Below, in pieces: positions 28,201 through 40,200 of a DNA stretch of 64,000 nt. Position numbers and translations under genes: made by a program. Every line of letters starts with the position of its first letter. Position 1 is the stretch's first letter. Source of the stretch: Chara braunii (lineage: Eukaryota > Plantae > Charophyceae); the NCBI GenBank assembly GCA_003427395.1, contig BFEA01000039.1, forward strand, positions 3,190,844 to 3,254,843, written 5' to 3'. Under the pieces are notes generated by a model, which did no database searches, was not told the origin of the DNA, and saw only the letters and a program-made list of their open reading frames with translations.

Positions 28201-31200
28201 CGCCGACCCCGACCGCCGACCGTATTGCAGCCGACCAGTAGGGCTGGCGCGTCGGCGGTCTGCCGACCAGTCAGAAAACAACCATCCACTGATTTTTTTT
28301 CGAATCTGAGTTGGGGGCTGTACTGTGCTTGCTGAGTACAGCCCAAATCCGTTGAGAAACGTTTGGGTATGGGGGGGTTGGGGTTGGAGCATACCTGCAG
28401 CTCAGATTAAAAAAAAAACAAAAAAAAGGCAAGTTTCTGGGCAGTAGAAGGCTAACTCACCACGTGCTTTCCAGGGCTTCCCTCCACTACTCACGAAATG
28501 TGCAAAACTAGAATGAATCTTCTGCTAAAACATGGAACCATACGCCGCCATATGATTCGTCTTTTGTGCAAGTGGTGACGAGTGGAGCAAGGCCCTTAGG
28601 GCCACTGCTCGTAGGAAAAGGAAACAAAAGAAAGAGAGGAATGAATCTTCGGCTAGAACATGGACCCATACGCTGCCATATGTTTTGTCTTTTGTGCAAG
28701 TAGTGACGAGTGGAGCAACGCCCTTAGGGCCACTGCTCGTAGGAAAACGAAACAAAAGAAAGAGAGAGCTACGGTAGTAAGTAGTTGTAACGTGTAACCC
28801 ATAACTGCTGGAAAGCAGACCTGACTTCGGATCCAGAACATATATTGCTGGCCACTGCTCATAGGAAAACGAAACAAAAGAAAGAGAGAGCTACGGTAGT
28901 AAGTAGTTGTAACGTGTAACCCATAACTGCTGGAAAGCAGACCTGACTTCGGATCCAGAACATATATTGCTGGCTTGCTCCATTCTCACATGAAATTTGC
29001 TGAACGTCTCTTGAGACATTGGGACCTTTGCAGATGCACTGGGGTCCTTCGGGAAAAAGACAATTCAACAAGGAAAACGTGTGCTCATTTTTGTTTCCTG
29101 TGCCCTTCGACATTTTAGAAGGGAGGGGCACCATTGGCAACATCACCCAGCCCTCTCCAATTTTTTTTTTACTCTATTTATTGGGGTGCGCGGCGCGCGC
29201 GCATGGTTGCGCGTGCACTAGACACCACACGTGCGTAGCTCGCCCGCACGCTATGCGCCGTAGTATAGGGGTGATATAGGGGGTCATGAATAGTTTAACA
29301 AGGGTGTTGGCGGCTGTTCGGGGCTGTTGGGGTGGTATATGGGGTATTGGGGCCCGCTATGGGGGTGTTGGTGATATTATTAGGGGTTCTGGACCCCATA
29401 AAAAAAAAAAAAAATGCGGGGTGCCGACGACCCCCGACCAGTAGGTGCCGACGACCCCCGACCAGTAGGTGCCGACCAGCTGACCGGTCGGTGGGTCGGC
29501 GGCTGACCAGTCAAGGGTTGCCGACGGTCGGGGTGTGCAACACTGGTCCAAGGCCAATTTCGTCCATGGGAGGAATTGTTTGGTGAGAATCTTAATTATC
29601 CATTCCATCTGCAAGGTGATAGTTTCCTGTCTAGGGTCAATTATCCCCAGTCCTCCTTGCGGTTTCCTAATCACAACTTGCCAGGAAACCTTGTTTATGC
29701 AGGTAGTTTTGTTGGGGTCGCCCGTCCATAAATAACATCTGACCCGCGCCTTGAGAGTCTTGACTTCTTCGTCGGGGGGGGACCAAACGGAGGCCATGTA
29801 CCATAGCATGGATGATATTGACGTGTTTATAATAAGTGCTCTGCCAGACAGGGATGCCTTTGCGATTAAGGTTTGGCCCATCCCTGGCCATGTGCTGTCC
29901 TTGTTGACCATGGTTCCCAGATATCTAAGTGCTTGGTCGCCTGTGGACCAGGACATCGGGGTGGATAGATCAGGAGGTTGGGGAGGGGTGCTGTCTGCGA
30001 ACCACCAACCTTCGGTTTTGGACCAGTTTACCTTCATTTTTTATGCTAGTCGAAAGGCTTTCATGGCTCTGACGAGGGCGTGGAACGAGGAGTTGTTGGC
30101 ACGAATGAGGACTGTTAGATCGTCGGCGAACATCAGCGCTGTCGGCAGAGCGAAGTTGTGAAGGGGGTCGTAGTTCTGCGTGGTGAGGCGGTCTATAGAA
30201 GGGTCTTTGTGGAGGAAGGAGGCATGGCCTCCATGATGAACAGGAAGATGGGGGGAGCTAGATGTCACCTTGACGGACGGACCTTGATATCGGATAGGCG
30301 TCTGCCGCTATCCTGTTTATTTGGACTCTGCCCGTGGCGTCGCCATATAGAACGCTGACCCATTCTCTGAAATTTGTTTTCCATGCAGTTCTGGAGAAAA
30401 TCTCAATTCACTTGATCGTAGGCTTTTTTGAAATTGAAGAATAGAATGGCCGCCTGCATTAGTTTTTCAGTAACCTTCCTTGCTGCCTCATTCAGGGTCA
30501 TCACATTGTCTTGTGTGTATCTACTTGGAATGAACCCTGCTTGATCAATGTGAAAGCACTTGTCGGGGGGGAACTGATTCAGTGGCTTTTTTTTTTTCTT
30601 CTGACAGTGGGTAGTAGGTGGTAGTGGGGGGAGGAGAGTGTGGTATGCTCGCCTTTCTGCGGAGTGTGTTTGCTTTATGGTGAGGGATAGTGACTTGGAG
30701 GTTATATCTTGTGAGAAAATCGTGTGGGGCAAAGTTTGGGTGCGGGAGCTCGAGTGGGGTGGGCACGCGTTTGCTGTGTTGTGGGTGTGATGTGGGCGAG
30801 TGGGGTTTTGAGGGGAGACACGTGTGTGTTGAATGCAGGGTACAAGCTGGAACAGTAGGGCTGACGGGGCNANGGGGTAGGGTCTTGTGTNGCNAGATGC
30901 GTGGGGNTTGTCGGGCGAGAAAGAGAAGCAGGTTGGGGGGGACGACGGTGTTGCACCGACTAGGATGGGCTGAGGGTGTGCGGGGATCGTTGGAGATGGG
31001 GTGGGGGACTGGAGTCGTGAGAGCAGAGGGAGGGGGGAGAGACGGAGTGTGCATAAGTGCAGAAGAGGTGGGGTGAGATGAGGCGCTTTCAGCAGGAGAT
31101 GGGTTTCGCGATGATGTGAGCTTATGGTGAGCTTTATCCGGCTATTGTTGCCATGAAAGGGGGGCAGGAGATGGTGTGATAGGGCTTGGATTAGGGCGGG

Positions 31201-34200
31201 TAGGGGAGGTTAGCTGTGAGGGGCGGACCTTGATGGCACTTGAATGGGTGAGTGTGGGAGTGGGATATCCAGGGGGGTGTAAAGGATGCTCGTGTGGTGT
31301 ATTGATTGTGCCTGAGGGCGGGGTGTGGGTCGCCGGGAATGGGTTAGTATAGAGGAGTAGGGTGGAAGTTATTCGAAGGGGTAGGGGGGGGGAGGGGGGG
31401 GTTGGGGGATGTTTGCAGGGAGGATGTGGTTCAGGCTTGGTCCGGAAATACCGGGCTCATGAGATGCGTTGGGAGTCTTCTGGTAGGTGGAGAACGATTC
31501 CCTCTGTTGGTGATGGCTGCTGGCGGATCGGGTTGTCAGCCTGTCCAGGGGACTGCATGCATCCCTCCGAGAATGGGACTTGTCGCTGACGGCTTCGTGT
31601 TGACGGCTGCGAGAGTGCAGGAACCTCCGTTGTCTTCCGGAAGCTTCGAGTTGGAGGCCCGTGACGTCCAGGTATGGCGGGGGGCTCCTCTACATCTGGC
31701 AATGTAGGCTTTCACACTCGTGGAGTTGAAGGTGCTCCCTGGTGTGGCAGGGCTCTCCTTTGCTGCTGGCGATGGCGGCTTGGGAGCACGGGAGCTCGCG
31801 GTGGTGGGAAGTTAGGCTGCAGGCAGACGTCCGCGTCGAAGGGTGAGGTGTGCGGTTTGAAAATTTGAACCGCTGAGCGGGCAAAAATCCGCACGTCGGA
31901 GCTACCGCTGAAGCGCTAGTCCCTGGCGCTCCATGGCGTGCGCTAACCGGTGGCGCACTTGCGTAGACCTGAACAGTAGGACCGTGTTTCTGAGTTGAGC
32001 ACAATGATATTTTTGGCGCTTCATGCTTCATGCCCGTTTCATCAGAGCAGGTCAAAACTGTTTCTGCTTTTATTTCTGGTTTCCAGGTTTGGGTATACCT
32101 ATGCTGGCATTTGTTCAGCTGTTTTATGCAGTGAATCGATGTGTCACTCATTTTGTACGTGTTGCTTTGGTTCTGTTTAACTCCTGTTTTGTACAGGTAT
32201 GGGTATACCTATGTTGGCATTTTGTCAGTTGTTGTATGTGGTAAGGTGTCACTCATTTTGTATGTGTTGCTCAACTCCTGTTTTGTAGGTTTTTGGCCTC
32301 TGTTGAAGGTTTTTGACTCTAAGGGCTACATAATTGTCGCGTGTGGCCAAGGGAAACGGAGCAGTGGTCAGAAAATCCTCGTCAATACTCAAGCTTATGC
32401 AGTTGCCCAGGTGGGTAGCTATGTCGGCGTGTTGTCAAGCCACTCAAAAATAACAAGAACACATTGTTTCTGATGGTTCCAGTTGGCTACCAAAATGTCA
32501 GCTTGGCATGTCATTGTTCTGGATGTGCTTTTCATAATGGATCAGTTTGCACCTTCATGACGATGTTTCGAGTTGTAAATGAGGTGAGACTTGTTGATGT
32601 TTGATGACAGTGGCTTAAAGGAGAAGCTGGGCCACACAGTATGTGTCATCGGTGATGTAAGTGAACAGCAAATGTTTGTCGATGTGTATGGGCAATGCAT
32701 CACAGCAGTTGTAGGTAGTCTTTTTTCCCCTCGGATGCTGGGCAATGACTCTCCTTTTTCTCTGATGGAGCAGGTTAAGGAAGTGTTCGGCTTCAAACTT
32801 CTAGAAGTGCAGTATTCACTGGGTACCTTTGAGTGGAATGGTGCCTGGTCGAGCACGAGCGACACTTGGGCTAAGCATCCAGAGGTTCTGGAGGAACTGA
32901 AGCCTGTACTTGATGGGTCCAGTGGAACATTCTGGATGGAATACAAAGATTTCCTCAAGGTGAGATTTGCATCCGACCTTGCTGATTGCGTCAGAATCTC
33001 TGAACTTGACAGACTGTGAGGATGTTATTAAGTGTCTCAAATTGTCATTGTCTTTGTGCAAGTTAGTACCGTTTTGGAGGAGAGCTCTTTGTAAAGATCG
33101 TTCGATATGATGATGTCAATAAATTTCTGTGAAGGGATGGTAGTTATTTTTCTCTTACACTCCTTAAACGAATAGCGGGTCTCACGTGATGCTCGCACGT
33201 GAGACTGGGATCACCATTGTTGGGAAAGAAGGTTGGGGACCACGGGTCGGCCCAAGAAAGACTCAGTCGCCACCGGCCGGATGCTTGGCTCGAAGTTTCT
33301 GGACGGGCAGTTGGTCGGGAGACGCGAAGTGGTGGCAGCATGCTCCAAGGTTTGGGAGTGGTGGTCGGTCGGCAGGCGCGAAGCGGGGCCGGCGGGGGGC
33401 ATTGCGAGATCGATCCAGGGGCGGGCCAGCATATGTGCAGACTAGGACCGAGCAACATCCCTCCACACATATACACCCACACACGAGGGATCGCTCCACT
33501 ACTCTTTGAAATGTCCAAAACGAGAGCGGATCTCCCACCACGATGATTTGTCTTTTGTGCATGTCAAGAGCAGTGTAGGGAGGCCCATGGGCACAGAAAC
33601 ACATGCACGGAACCACACGCACAGAAACAAATGACGTGCTTGACAACGTTGGTGATGATGACAAGGATGAGCACGGTGGCAATGCTGATGACAGTAAGGA
33701 CAATGGTGACGGTGCTGATGACGATGAGGGGAGAATGGTGAGGAGAAGGATGAGGTGGCTGACAGCCAACAGTGATGACGGCGAGGGGAGAAGAACGGGG
33801 AATAGGAGGGGGAGATGGGGGCAAGCCGATGTGTCATTGTGCTGCTGTTTGTGGTGTTTGCATGGGATGTAGCGACCACATTCGCTAGCAAGGAGGAACA
33901 GGGTGGGGGTGTACTGGATCTCTCTCTCTCTCTCTCTCTCACCTGAGAGGTTTTGTTGGGCATAGTAGAACCACCATGCCTGGGGGTGATTACATAGCAA
34001 TCGGGATCGATCACATAGCAGCAACAGTGACACGTGGCCAGACAAGAGGGGATTACGGAAGGCCGGAGCGCAGTCCAATTTGACGCGGGACATGAGATTG
34101 ATTGGTATTTTATTTACCCAATCTTTGCAAGATGAAAGGAGGAGGAGGAGGGAGAGGAGGACAGAGAGGAGGACGAGAAGCTGCGGATAACCGAGAAGAG

Positions 34201-37200
34201 GCAGCAGTGCCAGGGGGAGGAGGAAGAGGAGGACGAAGACGAGGAGAAGAGTTATGGATAAGGGGTTGTGATCAGGGCATGAATGACAATATGATCGGGA
34301 AAAGAGTTTTACCTGCTGCAGTGAGAAGAGGAGGCCTCTTCCCCGTAAATTTCTGCACACGAGCTTCGCGGACATAACTACAGAAGCTGTCAACGGGGCG
34401 AAAGCAAAGAAAAAGGCAAACACTTCCATCTGATCTCAACTTCTTTCTGCATCCAGGACTGATGTGGCGTAACTGCATTCGAGCACGCATCTGTGTATAA
34501 TGAGTTGGAGCAGTATGCCCCCTTTGTAAAAAGAAAGTAACTACTGGTGGGCAACTTCTTTTTGGGCAAAGAGAGCATACTCTGACTTTCCGACGTTCCA
34601 CGTCTTTTGATGATCAGCCGTTGCCAACCCCAGCTCAGACTTCTCTCTCCCTCTCTCTCACTCGCCTCCCCCAAACAACCAATCAATCAGTCAGTCAATC
34701 AATTGATGGAGAAAAATACCCGTGGATGAGGAAGAGGGTGGCGTGGGCGCAGGGTGGAGATGATGTGGCATCAAACATGGAGGAGGAAGAGGAGGAGGAG
34801 GTGGGTGGGGAATGGGAGGCAGGAGGGGGAGGAGTGACTATGCGCTGCTGGCGTAGCCGTGGCGGGCATCCACTTGTTAGGTGAGATTTGCATCCGACCT
34901 TGCTGATTGCTTCAGAATCTCTGAACTTGACAGAGGATTTACCTGAGGAATCTGTGAGGATGTTATTAGGTGTCTCAAATTGCGGTCGTCTTTGTGCAAG
35001 TCAGTACTGTCTTGGATTGTTGAGATCGGAAGGGGAGAGCTCTCTGTAAGATCGTTCACCATGATGACTGAAAGTTTTTTTGTGAACGGATGGTAGTTAT
35101 TCTTTATCCTCGTCTCAATAGCTGGTAAGTGGTCAATGTAACAATCCCGGTGTGTGGTTCCTTTCCCTGCAGCATTTTCTGGGCGTTGCGGTGTGCTGCA
35201 TACGGCATGACATGCTGAAACCATGGAAGGAGGTGAAGAGGCCGTGCACCTTTGTCGCAGACGATTGGTCAGCTGATGGTAATGTGGCCCAACCGACAAG
35301 AATTTTCCGGATGAGAGTTCTGGGGCCCACTGAGGTGTTTGTAGCACTACATCAAGAGGATATCAGACTGTAAGTCGTTATTCTGAAGACCTTTTGCTCC
35401 AGTTGATTGTGTTTTCTTTGCAGTTGTCCTCTGGTGATTCTGTTTTGCAGCCCTTTTCCAGTGACAACCGACTGCGGGTGTTTTCTTTCTAATTGAATCT
35501 GCACCTTTTCCCCCGACCATGGGTGTTGCCTATGCTTTGGGGATACTGACTGCAACTTGGGGCAGGTAGACAAGATAGGAAACGGCTCTGCCGTAGTTTC
35601 TGAACAATGGAACGTCTCAAGGCAAGATATAAAGTCAGAAGAGTCTATTTCGGTCAGTAATGTGAGTGAAAGGCGGCCTTGCATTCACTGCTGCTTTTTT
35701 TAATTATCTTTCCTTAGTTTCCTACCAAATGTGGTGTCTCTTTTCGTTAAGGAAAGTATTGATCTTTATATCTGAAGATTTTATCCAATGGTTGTCGCGT
35801 AGCTTAATGGTTTTCACTTTTTCTTGGTGTCATGCAGGCTTGGCGTTGCGACACCCTTGAAAGTTGGGGTGTGGATTATCGACAAGGAGAATCGCCCTGT
35901 TGCATCAAAAAAGACACATGATGCAACGTGCCAGATTGAGGTTATGCTGAATCCTGGCTTCTACAGGGTGATTGTGAAGGCATTTGACTACACCACAAAG
36001 GATGGCACAGTGTGCAACTTCCCAGACCACACCGGTGATGTTTTGCCTCGGCGGTTTGTGCTGACGTTACACTCAGAGAGTCCGATCACTTTGGAACTTG
36101 AGCGAGCACCACCTGGTGTGAGACCCACGCCAAGAATGAGCATCTATCCAGGAACGGACCGTGGAGAAGTCTTATTGGTAGAGCCCGTTGGGGTGCTGGC
36201 TTATGCTCCAAATGAGTTAGGCAAGGCACCGGCAGGTGAAGCCTCCTACCTCCCGAGGGTGGTTGAACCAACAGTGCCCGCATCGGGCGAGCCCGTTGCC
36301 TCCGAGAGTAATGCTAAAGAGACGTCAGTTGCGGAAGTAGGATTATCGGATGCCACAATAGAGATCGACCAAGAACCGACTGCTTTGTTCCCTGGAGCTG
36401 TAAAGACCCAAGCTCCGGAACCTGTTGTTCGTCAACTTGTCTACAGGCCGACAATGGTCAGCGGGAGGAAGACAGTGCACGCCGTACCTGAGACAACAGT
36501 TTCACCAGTTGGTGAGCCACTGATTGAGCCTCTGGATTCAGACGTGGTCACAGAATCAGCTTCTGAGCCTCGTCGTGAAATCTTGAAGCGTCTAAGGAGA
36601 ATCCCAGAGGTATCTTCATTGCCTGGCGTTTCAATGTCGATGACAAGGCCAGTGTCAGAAGCTGGTGCAGGGTGGGCGACTATCCAGCACACGACCCGCA
36701 TTCTGGATATGGAATATGCTCCTACTGGTTGCCGAAAGGTACCAATGGCCATCGTTGAGAGGGCGGAAGTCGAACCGATTGCTGAAGATACGGAGGAAGT
36801 GAAGGTGGCAAGGCAAATGGGCATTGCTGATTCTGACATGCGGAGGTTCTTGAAATCTCTACCGTGGCAGGCAACTGAGAACCTGCTTCCCTCGAAGGGC
36901 GTGCAGGGATACGGGAAGACAGCACATGCTGTATATGATCCGCCCATTGTCCCATCACATAATGTGTCAATTGTTAAAGCTGAGGACTTCCTTCCAACGA
37001 AGGGGGTGCTCTACCCCTCCAAGGTGGAGGCAGCGGATATACAGCAGGGTTTGCTAGAGGATGGGTGGTTGTTATCAACTGTTGCAGCATTGCTAGAGTT
37101 CCCTGGACTCATGGAGAGGGTCTTCGTCAACAAGACCACTCCTGCAGATGGAATCTTCAGGCTTCGCTTCTTCAAGTCCGGACGGTAAGTTCACACGACT

Positions 37201-40200
37201 CGCAAACTTATTTGCACAGTTTGCAGCCTAAGTCAAAGTGCAATCATAAGAATGCAACAGGCTGTGGTAGATGCAGAAGGGGACTGGGATTGATAATGGT
37301 ATTTCAATGGGATGACCATTGGAATAGCATAAGATCCTTTATAACAATGTGATGGTTCGCCTGCTTGTGAATAGCTTGTGGTATTGTGACTACAGAAGAT
37401 CACTGTGGCTGGGAGGTCGCAACAACCTCACTTTTAAATTCTTCCCCTGTTGTCAATAAGCTCTTCAATTCTGGCCGATCCATGTAATCAGGTGTGACCC
37501 CAACGAAGATACACATTCTTGGTGTAGCCCTTCCGTGTCTGCACAACCCTCTCATCAATTTGTTAGTTGCGTGTTTGAGGTGGAATGCTGTGTGTCACGA
37601 GATACCCGTCGTGTAGGTGGGTTGTGGTAAGGAAGATGTTGTGGTTGATAATTTTTTTGATGGGACTAGGATGTCTTTTTTCAAGTTTTTTATACTTCTG
37701 ATGTCTGGTTTTGCCTTGATCAGTCGGGCTTCGTCGACCATGGAATATTGATGTCATCAAACGTGGATGGTTCTTGGGAAATGGCATGCAGAACGAGAAT
37801 TGTTTTCATTATTTTGTCACAATGTCCTCATTCTTGTTCTGTCATCTCTGTGGGACCCGTGCAGGTGGGTCACAGTGGCTGTGAGAAGCACATTGCCTTG
37901 GAAGGATGGAAAGTTGGCTTACGGTAAGTGAGCTCGATCAATAGATGCTTACTATGGGCGCTCCGAAACCAATCCCGAAGCGAAGATTGATTTACCCGGA
38001 GAGGTTACCGAGCGTGTCTATTCCGACTTTTCAGCAACGGAATTCGACATTTATTGTGGGAATAAGGGCACAGCTTAGATTTATCAAAAGTGTACACTTC
38101 CGGAACTATTATGTTCTTTTTTGGAGCTTGTCTAGTTACATCGAATATCTCGAGATTCTCTTCGTTGTAAAAAAAGGTGTAAACGAATGAAAGCTAATAG
38201 AGAACAATTGGCACATTGGACATTGGATTCTTCAGCGGATTACTGCTGCTTTTTTAATTCCAACTAAACTTTTAGCAAATGTTCGCTCTTATTCAACGCA
38301 GTACATAGGAAAGTGCTGTCTCTTTCCTGACCAAACACGTCTAGTTCCTAATCCTACCTGCGCCTCACGTTCACAAGCCCGTTTAACTGCGTCTCGTAGA
38401 CATGGTTGGTGGTTGATCAAGGGTTGGTCCATCCCAGTGGCCCCCTTTCACGACAGGTGGTGGTCCCCAGAAGACATTTTGTAACTGGAAATTTCTCTCT
38501 GATTGGTCAGGCAATATGGAAGAGCCTTATTGCGAAATTTTCAATGACTTCGCTTGTGGTGATGTGGCGAAAAACCCTTAATTTTGGGCTTTCCATTAAC
38601 CCTCTCTCATGATGTTGAAACTCTTTCGTTAAGCCTGTTCCTCTGTCCGATGTAGGAAGACAGTAAACCCTAAGTACATAGCTCGGGGTAGGTAGTTTGA
38701 AATAAAAAAGAAAGTGGCCCCCTTTCACGACAGGTGGTGGTCCCCAGAAGACATTTTGTAACTGGAAATTTATCTCTGATTGGCCAGGCAATATGGAAGA
38801 GCCTTATTGCGAAATTTTCAATGACTTCGTTTGTGGTGATGTGGCGAAAAACCCTGAATTTTGGGCTTTCCATTAACCCTCTCTCATGATGTTGAAACTC
38901 TTTCGTTAAGCCTGTTCCTCAGTCCGATGTAGGAAGACAGTAAACACGAAGTACATAGCTCGGGGTAGGTAGTTTGAAATAAAAAAGAATGTTGAGAGAA
39001 GAATATATAGTAAAAAATGAAGTTGGGCCCCATATGAGGAGAAGGCAGCTTGCATTGTTTTTCATTTTAAAAAAGAAAAAAGAAATTGTTTTCATCATCG
39101 TAGCAAGTTCCACAATAGCCTACTGTCTTCATCCGAATAGAACACCCGGTCATTGTAGCTGTATTTGGTGCAAATTCCAGTGCAGACACGGCCATTGTTA
39201 CCTGCAATTCTATTTGGGGTGAAGAAGGTAGTTGAGCGCACAAGGAAAAAAAACATAAGAACGTGTGGGACCTTCCAGAAACGAGCATGTTCCTGGGAAA
39301 TGCCCGGGAGCACAGAAAAGGTACCTTTCTAAATGACACATTCAGTTGATGCACAGGAAGGAAATTGTAAACGAAAAGAAATTGATAGGCGTACACCTTG
39401 TGTTGGAGTGCTCTTTAACTTGTTATCAGGACAGATGGTACAATGATACTACAATCGTCAACCACAAGTAGACGGCCCCAGCCTTGCAGTCCAAAACTTG
39501 TTGCGACAAGAAAACGAGGCCAAAATGTCAAACGCTGGGCCCGCCGTTAATAAATTCAGGTTGTCCCCGTGTTTTCATTTCACGCCTCCAGAATTTGAGG
39601 TGTCAGACACCGGCAGCCCAGGTGCCCATGTACTGGTTCTTTAGTGAATATTACCTGAGTAAGTGAAGAGGTTCATTGTTGACAGCAATGTTGGTTTATG
39701 CACGCTGCATTTTTAACATGCTTAGAGATGTTCATACTCTGATCTTACTGGAGTGGTTTGCCATTTATTGGGTTTGTGGCACTTTGTACAAATTTTGCGT
39801 CACTCAGGCTCCTCTGCAAGTGAGTACTTGTGGCCAAGCCTTCTGGAGAAGGCCTATGCAAAGCTTCATGGCTCATATGAGCGATTGGGTTGCGGGTCGC
39901 CGGTAGATGCTTTGCAAGATTTAACTGGTGCTCCATGTGCCAGTTTCAGCTTTTCAAATCCGAAGTTCAAGCGCCTTGAAGCAGATGGAGGTATGTCTAG
40001 CCTGCAGCTGTTGGAATGCAGATCGGGTTCGATCCTTCATCTGACGTCAGTGACTAGCATGTTGTAATGTTTGCCAGTCGTTTTGAATGGCACCGAGTTT
40101 GACCATTTTCCAACCAGAGTTGGGGATCTGCCGACCCTGTTGTTGTTGCTGTTGTTGTTGTTGGCTTTGTCTCAGTCGTTTTGTGAAGCTATGTTGTAAT

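Noticed and set aside
33263-34429. 388-aa minus-strand ORF
   Set aside because: It is low-complexity L/S-rich sequence crossing simple repeats, with a non-ATG start and no domain motifs.
38990-39420. mttB/ccmF identity for the AT-rich segment
   Set aside because: There are only a few scattered residue similarities, not enough to name it.
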